Notes: a model not told the origin generated them from the sequence alone. A DNA stretch of 63,319 nt, filler included, from Octopus bimaculoides (GCF_001194135.2; 4 parts of 3 records of this genome joined end to end with filler, not necessarily neighbours in it), one strand, 5' to 3'. Counted from the whole stretch's first letter, positions 1 through 12,120 are shown. A program made the numbers and translations.

Positions 1-69
1 TTTTCTCCCCTGTCAATACAAAGAGACTCTGTGTCTGTGTGTATGTGTGTGTGTGTTAAAAAAAATAAA

Positions 70-319
70 TAAATGCGCCCTTATAAAGCCTAGCCAGGCT
101 CATGGGCCCAGTTTCCCGGTTTCAATGGAATATGTGTTCCCCAGCTGGACGGGACGCCAGTCCGTCGCAGCGTTATTCATTTTTGCTAGCTGAGTGGACT
201 AGAGCAACGTGAAATGAAGTGTTTTGCTCAAGAACACAGCGCGTCGCCCGGTCTAGGAATCGAAACTACAATCTTACGATCATGATGTTCACACCCTAAC
301 CACTAAGCCACGCGCCTCC

Positions 320-321
<2 letters not shown>
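70..321 (-). mobile_element. tRNA-headed SINE (family 3 here) with CORE-like central segment
   Basis: Minus strand reads GTGGAGGCGCGTGGCTTAGTGGTTAGG (A box) ... GTTTCGATTCC (B box), then TGTGTTCTTGAGCAAAACACTTCATTTC. A similar tail piece recurs at about 17722-17770. Confidence 0.75.
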
Positions 322-362
<41 letters not shown>

Positions 363-419
363 CTAGTGCTTCTTAAATTATTTTATTACGGAAACGATGT
401 ATGGCGAGTTACGGCGTGC

Positions 420-935
420 AATGATCATGTTGCACAACAACAAGACCTGAACCGGGAGAAGCAGAGAAGATTCAGGGAAAAGTTGCGGAGAGAAGAATAA
501 TGAGTGGAGAGAAGAATAATGAATGACGAGAAGCATTAACTAAGGAGAAAAGGAACAAAATGTATGCAAGAAAAATCAGCTAAAAAGTGTTGTATGATGA
601 ATAAGGAAGCTGAAGCTAATAGAGAAAGAATGACAATTGCTAATTCAGAACGAAGACAAAATATGAACCACAGGGATATGAAAGAATAATTAGCATAATA
701 AGAAAGAGGCAACAGGTTAGAAGAGAAATCATTGCCGAAGAGAATAGACGAAAAAATCTGGATGAAGATGATAAACAAGGATATTTAGAACGGGCACAGA
801 ACGAAAGAAAAGCAGCAAATGACAACGAGGTGCCATTTAGTATAATGTATTCTTATTGTGGTATTGAAGTGAAACCTTAAATTGCTTCCAAAACAGCGAT
901 GTTAATCAGACTGGATAAACCCAATGTTGTAGGCA
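420..935 (+). pseudogene. Array coding remnant Z1 (Helitron N-terminal-like)
   Basis: Translates NDHVAQQQDLNREKQRRFREKLR ... ENRRKNLDEDDKQGYLERAQNERKAANDNEVPFSIMYSYCG, with stops and deletions. Confidence 0.7.
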
Positions 936-1011
936 ACACTAATTGAAACAGATTCGCAAGCCCACAAAATATTCGTTGGGATTCAACGACAGTTATCTCT
1001 CCTGATCGAGC

Positions 1012-1036
1012 ATTCTAGAATATTCTAGAAAATTCC
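1012..1036. promoter_or_regulatory. Perfect five-pentamer heat-shock-element-like motif
   Basis: aTTCt aGAAt aTTCt aGAAa aTTCc: five contiguous alternating nTTCn/nGAAn units. No linked gene seen. Confidence 0.4.
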
Positions 1037-1059
1037 AGGCGAACATGATTAACTCCCCT

Positions 1060-1180
1060 TTTATTCTTTTATTTGTTTCAGTCACTTGACTGCGGCTATG
1101 CTGGAGCACCGCCTTTAGTCGAGCATATCGACCCCAGGATTTATTCTTTGTAAGCCTAGTACTTATTCTATCGGGCTCTC
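1060..1180 (-). mobile_element. SINE family 1, 3' tail fragment
   Basis: Reverse complement of the tail of the full-length copy at 18179-18760 (...GGGGTCGAT...GCGGTGCTCCAGCATAGCCGCAGTCAAGTGACTGAAAC). Confidence 0.85.
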
Positions 1181-1640
1181 TCTTTTTTCCATTCTACCAT
1201 TTCAGAAAATGGATGATTATTTTCTTACAATTCACTATTGGAGAGTTTATCATGAATGAAGAACATGTAATTTCACAAAGTCAAGCAAGCGATGCAGTGA
1301 CGGCGTTCTATCACTGTTTTTACATCTCTTTCTCTGTATGTATGTATGTATGTATGTATGTATGTGCGCGCGCGTACGTGCGTGTGTGTGTGTATGAATG
1401 TTTGCATGTATGTATGTATCATGTAAGTATATATATATGTTTGTAAGAAACCAATAAATCTTTGTTTTTTTTTAAAATTTCTCTTAAGAAAATTTATTAA
1501 CAAATATTTGATTTCCCTGTCAAATTTTACTATCTTTACGATACTGCTAACGTGTTCACTGGTGAATTGTATGTTAGTCTCATTAGAGTTGGGATCCATT
1601 AAAAGCAAAGCTTTTTGAAGTCAAGGTCACTTATACTAAA

Positions 1641-1720
1641 AGGATCTCACTGGTACCAAGAGTATCTCACATATACCAAGAGGATCTCACATATACCAAG
1701 AGGATCTCACAGGTACCCAA
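1641..1720. repeat. 20-bp minisatellite, 4 copies
   Basis: Consensus AGGATCTCACATATACCAAG, units starting at 1641, 1661, 1681 and 1701. Confidence 0.9.
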
Positions 1721-1838
1721 ATTATGAAAATTTTAAATTCATTAATGATATTTGTTCGTCAAAATGTCTTGTTTGCGGTTTGTTGTATATAAGAATAAAA
1801 CTGATAAAAATTACTATGTATATAACTGATAAAAATTA

Positions 1839-2730
1839 CCAGGTGTAGATGGGTGTACAGTGGAATGCCTAAAGAAAGGAGGTGTGACAGTGATTGAATG
1901 GTTAGTGAGGCTTATGAATGTTTGTTATATGGCTGGAAGAGTACCAAAGGACAGGTGCAGTGCCTGCGTAGTGCCATTGTACAAGGGGATAAATGTGAGT
2001 GTGGAAATTTTAGGGGTATAAGTCTGTTGTGTGTGGTTGGTAAACTGTATGGGAGAATTCTGATTGTAAGGGTGAGGAACCAGACAGAGAGTGTACTAGG
2101 GGAGGAGCAGTGCAGTTTTAGGAGTGGAAGGGGGTGTACAAATCAAATATTTGTAGTAAGGCAGATGTGTAAGAAGTTTTTAGCAAAAGGGAGGGAGGTG
2201 TATTGGGTCTTTGTGGACCTAGAGAAGGCATATCACCGTGTGGATAGGGATACAATATGGCAGGCATTGCGGTTGTATAGAATAGATGGCAGATTGTTGA
2301 GAGCTGTACAGAGTTTTTATAGAGAAAGTAGGGCGGGTGAAGTGAGTGGTTTGATGTGTTGGTAGGTTTAAGACAGGGTTGTGTGATGTCTCCGTGGTTG
2401 TTTAATTTATATATGGATGGTGAAGGGAGAGAGGTAAATGCTAGAACTTTTGGTAGGGGAACCTAAATGGTGGGAGAAAATGGAGTGAAATGGCAGATGA
2501 GTCAGTTGTTGTTTGCTGATGATACTGCACTGGTGGCGGATTCGGAAGAGCACCTGAGGAGGCTTGTGGTAGAGTTTGGAGGAGTTTGTAAGAGGAGGAA
2601 ACTGAAAGTAAATGTATTTAAGTGTAAGGTGATGAGATGTTCGAGAGATGGAATGGCTGGTAGGATGGATGTGAGCATAAATGGTGAGATGTTAGAGAAG
2701 GTGAGTGTTTTTAAGTATTTGGGATCACAT
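1839..2730 (+). mobile_element. Non-LTR retrotransposon reverse transcriptase fragment (RTE/RTEX-like), pseudogenised
   Basis: NFRGISLLCVVGKLYGRIL, EEQCSFRSGRGC, FVDLEKAYHRV, GLRQGCVMSPWLFN, and FADD at 2512-2523. Frameshift near 2335, stop at 2464-2466, runs into an N gap. Confidence 0.9.
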
Positions 2731-3788
2731 NNNNNNNNNNNNNNNNNNNNNNNNNNNNNNNNNNNNNNNNNNNNNNNNNNNNNNNNNNNNNNNNNNNNNN
2801 NNNNNNNNNNNNNNNNNNNNNNNNNNNNNNNNNNNNNNNNNNNNNNNNNNNNNNNNNNNNNNNNNNNNNNNNNNNNNNNNNNNNNNNNNNNNNNNNNNNN
2901 NNNNNNNNNNNNNNNNNNNNNNNNNNNNNNNNNNNNNNNNNNNNNNNNNNNNNNNNNNNNNNNNNNNNNNNNNNNNNNNNNNNNNNNNNNNNNNNNNNNN
3001 NNNNNNNNNNNNNNNNNNNNNNNNNNNNNNNNNNNNNNNNNNNNNNNNNNNNNNNNNNNNNNNNNNNNNNNNNNNNNNNNNNNNNNNNNNNNNNNNNNNN
3101 NNNNNNNNNNNNNNNNNNNNNNNNNNNNNNNNNNNNNNNNNNNNNNNNNNNNNNNNNNNNNNNNNNNNNNNNNNNNNNNNNNNNNNNNNNNNNNNNNNNN
3201 NNNNNNNNNNNNNNNNNNNNNNNNNNNNNNNNNNNNNNNNNNNNNNNNNNNNNNNNNNNNNNNNNNNNNNNNNNNNNNNNNNNNNNNNNNNNNNNNNNNN
3301 NNNNNNNNNNNNNNNNNNNNNNNNNNNNNNNNNNNNNNNNNNNNNNNNNNNNNNNNNNNNNNNNNNNNNNNNNNNNNNNNNNNNNNNNNNNNNNNNNNNN
3401 NNNNNNNNNNNNNNNNNNNNNNNNNNNNNNNNNNNNNNNNNNNNNNNNNNNNNNNNNNNNNNNNNNNNNNNNNNNNNNNNNNNNNNNNNNNNNNNNNNNN
3501 NNNNNNNNNNNNNNNNNNNNNNNNNNNNNNNNNNNNNNNNNNNNNNNNNNNNNNNNNNNNNNNNNNNNNNNNNNNNNNNNNNNNNNNNNNNNNNNNNNNN
3601 NNNNNNNNNNNNNNNNNNNNNNNNNNNNNNNNNNNNNNNNNNNNNNNNNNNNATATATATATATATATATATAAATTGATCTATTTAATGTTTTATTTCT
3701 TGTTTTTTCAATAGTGTTTTCCTTTCTTTTACTTAATTTCTTTTGTAAAATATAAAGTTATATTTAAATGGCAATAAATATTCTTTAA

Positions 3789-4184
3789 TTCTTTTACTTG
3801 TTTCAGTCATTTGACTGCGGCCATATTGGAGCACTGACTCGAAGGGTTTTAGTGAACAAATCGACCCCAGGATTTACTTTTAAGCCTGGTATTTATTGTA
3901 TCAGTCTGTTTTACTGAATCGCTAAGTTACGGGGCCGTAAACAGACCAACAGTTGTCGAGCGGTGATGATGGGGACAAACACTAGACACAAATACACACA
4001 CAAATATATGCATATGTATACGACGGGCTTCTTTCAGTTTTCGTCTACCAAATCCACTCACAAGACTTTGATCAACCCGTGGCTATAGTAGACGACACTT
4101 GCCCAAGGTGTTACACAATGGGACTGAACCCGAGCCATATGGTTAGGAAGCAAGTTTCTTATCATACAACCATGTCTGCACCTA
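3789..4184 (-). mobile_element. SINE family 1, near full length
   Basis: tRNA-like head (GGGTTCAGTCCC B box) at the 4184 end, internal TA/TG tract, conserved tail; homologous to 18179-18760. Confidence 0.85.
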
Positions 4185-4481
4185 TTACTTATACCGGGTA
4201 CAAAGCAACGAGTCATGCACTAGTACAGTAAAAAAAAATGTCATATTCAACTGTTTTTCAATAATCAATTTTGAGGTGAAAGGGGCCGAAACACCTACAG
4301 AGCTTCTTCACTGCTTGATGAGACATCGACTCTTGTATTCAGAGACGGAGTGCAGCAGCACTCTCAGCACGGAAGTGTTTACCCAAAACTTGCTAAACGC
4401 TTTAATGTATGCATGTATGCATGTGTGCGTACTTGTGAGTTTGCTGTAGCGAATGTTCACGTATGTATGTGAGGGTATCTA

Positions 4482-4574
<93 letters not shown>

Positions 4575-4589
4575 ACGTGAGCGTTGCAC

Positions 4590-5250
4590 TAAAGCAACTA
4601 ACGGCTTGACTTACTATTTGAGTTATTTCTCTTACCTTTACATATTTCACGAATACATATTTAATTTGAGATGTTAATCGCACAAAATCTTGACAGAATA
4701 TTTCCCCATCTGAAAAGATCAGACTCTAGTTATTTCAAACATTGGAAACTCGTCATCATCAGATATCACCCCTGTAGATAGAGACCTCATATCTTTTTTG
4801 GAGCGTATTTCCGGCGATGATATCTTGTCAGGAGAGCTTTTCCTATCGCATGAAAGATGAGCAAACAAGTTTGGGTTCTAAACCATTTATTACGTCATAA
4901 TAGAAATATTTGAAAACCGATAAGCTGTAACATCTCTGTTTATGGAAAATATATTTGATTATTTTTTTCATTATATGCGTATATTAAAAAAAAAAAAATT
5001 TAAATAACTCATTCGCGGACAAGTTAGTTTATCAAATCTGGTAGCTTTGCTGCTTTGACATCACCATGATACTGTCGGCTACCATAATAAGGATATATAT
5101 TCATTTCTCCAGTGCTAAATGGCACCTCGTGATCTTTTGCTGCTATTTTCCGTAGTCTTTCATGATTAAGCACCGATTGTAAATATCCTTCCTTCCTAAC
5201 CCTAAAATCTGTTCCACATTCCTAGGTATTCTTCTTTTTTCTCTTCGGTA
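4590..5250 (-). pseudogene. Inverted array unit including coding remnant Z2
   Basis: Minus strand gives GYLQSVLNHERLRKIAAKDHEVPFSTGEMNIYPYYGSRQYHG...KLPDLIN* (5005-5248), then the TGACGTAATAAA block (4886-4897) and the downstream module. Confidence 0.75.
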
Positions 5251-5258
5251 ATGTTACG

Positions 5259-5331
<73 letters not shown>

Positions 5332-6009
5332 GCTTTTGAAATGTTTCTATGATGACAAAATAAATGGTCATATTTTCCTGACCTAAACATATTTGTTCAT
5401 CTTTCTTATCTTCAAAGGTTGGATGCGAGCCCACTATCACCAAATTAAATTTTCTATAATTCCGAAACACATGGAAATAGGAAAAAAAAAAATTGTGCGA
5501 TAACTGGACCTGAATATTTTTCTGGCGTGTGCACAAACATATACGCACAAACACACAGACACACAGACACACACGCATACAACACACAAAGCACACTCAA
5601 CACAAACACTCACGTACACATATATTTACATATTCATATGTGAACACTCACTATAGCGAACACATAATTACACAAACTTAGCTAAATACATACACCTATT
5701 TTAAAATGTTTTTCAATGCTTAGTAACATATAAAGGTGAACTAATTCTTGCACAAGAAGGATGAATATAAAAAGAAAAAACACCAAAAAGCTCATGAATT
5801 TTTTTTCCTTTAGTCGGAACTTTGTATTTAAAATACATGTAGCGGTATATCCAGGAGGGAGTTTTTCCAACTATCTGTATATCAAAAACACTGCCTAATT
5901 TTCACCGAAAAATATGTGTAGCATTATATCTTGGATACAGTGTTTTACCAAATATAAAATGAAATGTTTCAGAAATATTTTATTACCTGGACGGAGTTTC
6001 ATGTCAGTG

Positions 6010-6094
6010 GAGATAATGAACGTATTGGAATACTGCGAGAATTGAATCGAGAGAGGCAGAGAAGATACAGGTAAAGATAGTGAAATTGTGAAGA

Positions 6095-6191
<97 letters not shown>

Positions 6192-6537
6192 NNNNNNNNN
6201 NNNNNNNNNNNNNNNNNNNNNNNNNNNNNNNNNNNNNNNNNNNNNNNNNNNNNNNNNNNNNNNNNNNNNNNNNNNNNNNNNNNNNNNNNNNNNNNNNNNN
6301 NNNNNNNNNNNNNNNNNNNNNNNNNNNNNNNNNNNNNNNNNNNNNNNNNNNNNNNNNNNNNNNNNNNNNNNNNNNNNNNNNNNNNNNNNNNNNNNNNNNN
6401 NNNNNNNNNNNNNNNNNNNNNNNNNNNNNNNNNNNNNNNNNNNNNNNNNNNNNNNNNNNNNNNNNNNNNNNNNNNNNNNNNNNNNNNNNNNNNNNNNNNN
6501 NNNNNNNNNNNNNNNNNNNNNNNNNNNNNNNNNNNNN

Positions 6538-6622
<85 letters not shown>

Positions 6623-7170
6623 AATCCGGAAAGACGAAAAGCATTAACTAACGAATTAAGCACAAACAATTATGCAAGAAAGGTCTCTAGAGGGTGTATG
6701 ACGAATGAGGAAGGTAAAGATAATAGGGAAAAAAATTAATGATAGAAACGAATATTTAGCACAAGCAAGAATATGAGAACAGGGTAGAAGAGGAAACTTT
6801 ACCGAAGAGAATAGGCAAGCGTACCGAGAACAAATGTGGAACAGATGTCAGCCTTGGAGAGGAAGTATGAAAGAAGACAGACAAGGTTAACGGGCGCGTT
6901 ACCATGCAAGATCAAGACAGATACTAACAAATAATGACGAGGTGCCATTTGGTATTGAAATAATGAATAAATATGACATGCCCTTATAGCAGTGTTTACG
7001 GTATCACGGTGAAGCTTTAAACTGCTATCAAAACGGTAAAAATAATTTACCAGATTTGGCAAACTAGCTTGTCTAAACTCAATGTTGTACTTTTAGTAAG
7101 CAGCAAAACTTAATGAAAGAACTGCGAATGAAATGACAGGATATTATTATCGACTAGGGAAATATTTATG
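6010..7170 (+). pseudogene. Array coding remnant Z3, split by (GA)n and an N gap
   Basis: GDNERIGILRELNRERQRRYR at about 6017-6080; EVPFGIEIMN...LRYHGEALNCYQNGKNNLPDLAN* with TAG at 7065-7067. Confidence 0.75.
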
Positions 7171-8044
7171 ACTGACACTTTACTACAAATGTGGGCTGTA
7201 GAACTGCTAAATGTTTTAAAAGATATTGCTACATGTGTTATGCAAATAGTCAAATGTTTTCCTTAAAGAGATAGATGCTTTTGAAATGTTCCTACTGTGA
7301 CGTAATAAAGGGTCAGATTTTCGTAATCCAAAAGTATTTGTTCATCTTTCTTATCTTCAAAAGCTGGAAGTGAGTCTACAGTCACTAATTTACATACTGT
7401 CATTCTTTAATTCCGAAACATCTGGAAATCAAAAATTCGCAAATTGTGTGATAAACGGGCCAGGACATTTTCCTGATGTATACACGTGTACACGAACGTA
7501 TACAAACATACGCACAAACACACCGACATATACTCAGTCAGCGCATAATCAACTGCATACTCACATACCAAACACTCATGAACGCACGGACGCACGCACG
7601 GACGCACGCACGGACGCACGCACGCACGCACGCACGCACGCACACGTATTAAAACATTCGTGTAGATAAGTGAACGCTTACACAGATTTGAATACGTAAC
7701 CCAAATTTGTTTATTCATTTTTCAATATTTGATCAAAAACCAGTATAACAAGAAACGCTTTCCTGGCTAGATATCATTGACAAAAGTTTGTGTGAAACCG
7801 TAGGGTATACAAGATGAAGAAAGGAGTTATGAGGTCTGTATCGACTGGGGTCGACAACTAATGATGACAACTTTCATTGCAATGACTAGTATATTATTCT
7901 GTTTGAAATAAGTAGAATCTAGTCTTTTCCCGACTTTATGCAATTAGAATTTAAAAAATTAATATCTTTTCCTAAAAGAAAAAAAAGAAGCTTAACTCAA
8001 ATAGTAAGAAAAGATGGTGGTTACTACGGTGTGCGCTCGAAAGC

Positions 8045-8106
<62 letters not shown>

Positions 8107-8444
8107 TCATACATGAACATTCATCATAGCAAACTCACAAGTACGCGCACATCAATACATATTAAAACATTTAGCAATGCTAAGTAACATATATACAAGA
8201 TTAACTTCAGCAAATGAACGTTGAATTTATCATTATTTGATCCGTATTCGTCAAATGTGTATGACGGTATACCGAGAAAACGGAAATTCTTTCCCAACTA
8301 TATATCTATGAATGACCTCTCCTAAACTTTTTTTTTGTAAAATGGTCTTGTTATATCTTGGATACGGAGTTTAATGTAAGACGAGTGCTTCTTAAATTAT
8401 TTTATTAAGGAAATAAAGTTTGGTGTGGTACGGGGTACAATGAC

Positions 8445-9000
8445 TATATTGCACAATTACAAGAACTGTATCAAGAGACACAGAAAAGATGCAGGGAGAA
8501 GATGACAGAGAGGGTAAAGAGAAGAGCATGTATGTATGTATGTATGTATGTATGTATGTATGTATGTATGTATGTATGTATGTATGTATGTATGTGAATG
8601 TGTATATCTGTGTGTATGTGTGTATGTATGTATGTATGTATGTATGTATGTATGTATGTACGTACGTATATCCGTACATACATGCATACATGCAGACAAG
8701 TAGACCGGAGAGGGAGTTCAGTTAAGAACCAAACCGGAAGCTATATTAGGGACAGATTTGACTAAAAGCATTGTTGCGATTCCTAACTTTTTTCGCCATA
8801 AGTTTCTTTTTCGTATGTTGTGTATAATGGTATACGTTTTCAGAACGATCTATGTATTAAGAACTGTGTAGCAAGATTTCTTCGTAAACTGTTCCTACTC
8901 TTCGAAAATTATACGGAGTTTTATCAACTATGTATTAACCGAAATCAAATCAAGAGAAGCAGAAAGTTGTAAGAATTAGAAATGGAGAAAGAAATCAGGA
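8445..9000 (+). pseudogene. Array coding remnant Z4 (partial), split by (TATG)n
   Basis: YNDYIAQLQELYQETQKRCREKM at about 8437-8505; distal part deleted or rearranged. Confidence 0.55.
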
Positions 9001-9368
9001 AGATATATATTAATTTTGCAAATAATCAATTGTGTTTTGCTTAAAGATATTCATGCTTTTACTTTCGAAATGTTTCTGTAATGACGTAATAAATGATCAC
9101 ATTTTAGTAATTCAAACATATTTGTTCATCTGTGTTCAAACAACAACATTAGAACTACATTGATTGTAATGGATATTAAGCTTGAGACAATACTTGAGAT
9201 AGTTGACTAACCAATATAGAAGGAAAAAGCTCTATTGACTAGGTATCATTCACAAGAAATTGGAGTATGAGTTTAGTAATGAAAATGAGATGTTAGCTTC
9301 TGGAAGAAGTATTAAGGCTTTAGTCAAGTGGGATCGGCAGCTGATGATGACAGTTTTAGTTTCAACGT

Positions 9369-9646
9369 TTATTCTTTTATTTGCGTCATTCATTTCACAG
9401 CGGCCATGCTGGAACACCGCCTTAAAGGGTTTTTTTAGTCGAAGAAATCAACCCCAGGACTTATTCTTCGTAAGCCTAGTACTTATTCTATCGGTCTTTT
9501 TTTTTTTTACCGAACCACTAAGTTACGGGGACGTAAACACACTAACATCAGTTGTCAAGCGGTGGTGGCGGGACAAACACAGACACAAAGAAACACACAT
9601 AAATACACACACACACACACGCACACACACACACACACACACACAC
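9369..9646 (-). mobile_element. SINE family 1, 3' half
   Basis: High identity to the reverse complement of 18530-18750; ends in a CA tract and gap. Confidence 0.85.
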
Positions 9647-9799
9647 NNNNNNNNNNNNNNNNNNNNNNNNNNNNNNNNCACACACAATACACACACACAC
9701 ACACACAATACACACACACACACACAACACACACATCATTATAAAAAGCAAGGTTTGTATGTACCGTGACTGCTGAAAGCACTAAATAAAAATGATAAT

Positions 9800-10370
9800 A
9801 TTTCAGGATTTTCGTGTCATCTAAATTGATGTATTGGTGAGCAGTCAACGGCATTGGAGAGCATAAAGATAAAAGTTGTAGTCAAGAAAAAGTTAGTTGA
9901 CATGGAGGACTGGAAGGTATCAAAAGAGTTACCTGTATCATGATGATTTGATGATTCGCACCGGGTATCGAAATGCCAACGTCTTGACTGCAGCCCAATT
10001 CTCTGTGAACACTGTAAAAAACGTGACATGTGAAGCTGATGTCTGCACGCTGGAATTCATCCGCACACCTTTGAGCAGGACCTTAGGTTCAATTCAGATG
10101 ACTGCGTGAAGCTGCTAGAGACTGTGACCAATTCCTGACTGGTGTTCGAAAATCTTCCCAGCGATACAGTATAGAACGCTTGCATCAGTTCTGGAGCCAT
10201 CTTGAGGTCATGATGGAAACTGAGAGCGATTTGTTTGAGTAAACTGTTGTCTCCTTGTCATAACTGGTATTTTTTTAATTAATTTTTAAAATACTTTATT
10301 TTTGGATGAGATTTTCTGTTTTCTCTTTTATGCGAACTGTCAAATTTAGTCCGAACACCCTCTACATAAC
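9800..10370 (+). mobile_element. Degenerate, internally deleted Tc1/mariner (maT/DD37D-like) remnant
   Basis: EQDLRFNSDDCVKLLETV resembles the GL(K/R)INSxxYxxLLETVVKPW segment. The terminal sequence TTTAGTCCGAACACCCTCTAC resembles a Tc1-type TIR end. Confidence 0.45.
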
Positions 10371-11584
10371 TGAAGGCTCATCAAAGTAAACACACAACTA
10401 CACAGACTTACATGGATATATACAGACATGAAAATGTTTTGCAAAGCTTAGTGACATATAAACAATAATCAATTTTTGCAAAAGAGAGATGAATATTAAC
10501 AAAAATATAAAATCCTACACATGACATGTATGTTTCCTTATTCGTAACTTTTCAGTATAGAGTTTCCCCAACCATCTTTATATTAAGAAACTCTTCCAAA
10601 CAGTCTCTATAAAAACGTGTGACGATATATTTCCAGATTCGGAGTTTAAATCATTATAAAGTATCGACTGCTTCTTGAATTATTATATTAGTGAAACATA
10701 ATTCTCGGGCTACAACTATCATATTCTAAGACTGCAAAAAAGTGAACTGAAGGCAGAGGTGAAATGTTAATGGTTCACACTTTGCCACAAATATGGGGCA
10801 TGTAATTTCCATGTGAACTGGTAGTTTTTTTTATCTGTTTTTGTTTTAATATATTGATATACATATATATATTATGTAAACAGTCAAATATATTTTATTT
10901 TAAAAAAGATGTTGAAGCTTTTCGTTTTTGAAATGTTATTATGACGTAATAAAGACCACATTTTTGGAATCCAAACTTGTTTATCTTTCATACTTTCAAT
11001 GTTCGACCAAACTCCATCATTTGAATTACATGGACTATTTCTATATATTAAATCTCAGACAGCACTAACAATTTGGTAGATGGTCTTCGAAGTGAGTCTA
11101 CAATCACTAAATTATGTTCCGACGTTTCATCAGCCCTAACCCTCTCAGAATCAAAATAAACTAAAGTGTGTGATATCCAGATAAAAAAAAAAACAAACAA
11201 ACAAAAAACATACACACATACATAACCCAGAAAGAAACGCATACTCAAACACACTTACACTAACGGACACACACATTAGTACATGAACACACTCACATAC
11301 ACTCATGGACTCTCATTGCAAAATTATTTGGAAATGCTTAGTAACATAAGAAAAAGTCATTGGAAAAAAATGACGTATTTTTCCTCGTATGCGTAACTTT
11401 GTATTTAAAATGTCTGAAACGGTTTTTCCAGAATACAGAGTTTCTTCAACTATCTATATATTAAGAGATTCACCCTAACTTTGTTCGTAAATTATATATG
11501 TGTAACGGACATAGTGTTTAACCAAGTGTCATATCAATTGCTTCATGAATAATTTATTACTGTAATTTCGTGTGCTACAAGGTC

Positions 11585-12120
11585 AATGACCATCTAGCAG
11601 AACTGCAAGAAGTGCATTGAGAGAGTCAGAAAAAATACAAAGAAATTTTGCGGAGAAGGCAAATATGAATTAGGAATAGAAAGAAGGGAAGGCACGAAAT
11701 TAATGCAAGAAATGCAGCTTCAGTGTGTCCTATGAGGAATCAAAGTAAATAAGGAAAATATGAAAGATGATATGAAAGAGGATTTTGTACAATGGCTAGG
11801 AAAAATGAACAAAACATTACCGAACAGAATAGACAAGAATACCTAGAACAGGTGCAGAACAGATTTCAGGCTTGCAAGGAAAATATGAACGAAGAGGATA
11901 AACAAGGATATTTAGAAATGTGTAAGCATGCATGAGAAGGAAAAATAGCAGGAAATAGTCACGAGGTACCATATAGTATTGGAGTAATAAATGTAACATA
12001 TTATCGTGGTGGTCTACGTTATCACGGTGGAGCCTTATGCTGCTGCTAGAATGGCAAAGTTCAGTTAACAGAATGAAAGCATCAGTAATGAAACGATAGG
12101 ATATTATTATCGGCTGTGGG
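11585..12120 (+). pseudogene. Array coding remnant Z5 (best preserved plus-strand copy)
   Basis: One frame from about 11809: QNITEQNRQEYLEQVQNRFQACKENMNEEDKQGYLEMCKHA*EGKIAGNSHEVPYSIGVINVTYYRGGLRYHGGALCCC*NGKVQL. Confidence 0.8.

Noticed and set aside
6799-7062. Apparent family of small hydrophobic minus-strand ORFs starting MAPR/MVPR (also near 835, 5119 on +, 11817-11999, 19311-19622)
   Set aside because: ATGGCACCTCG is the antisense of the conserved E-V-P codons. The A-rich sense strand makes the antisense look hydrophobic, and the opposite frame carries the recognisable motif.
11113-11140. CTGATGAAAC on the minus strand as a hammerhead
   Set aside because: No helix II between CUGAUGA and GAAA; not present in homologous array units.
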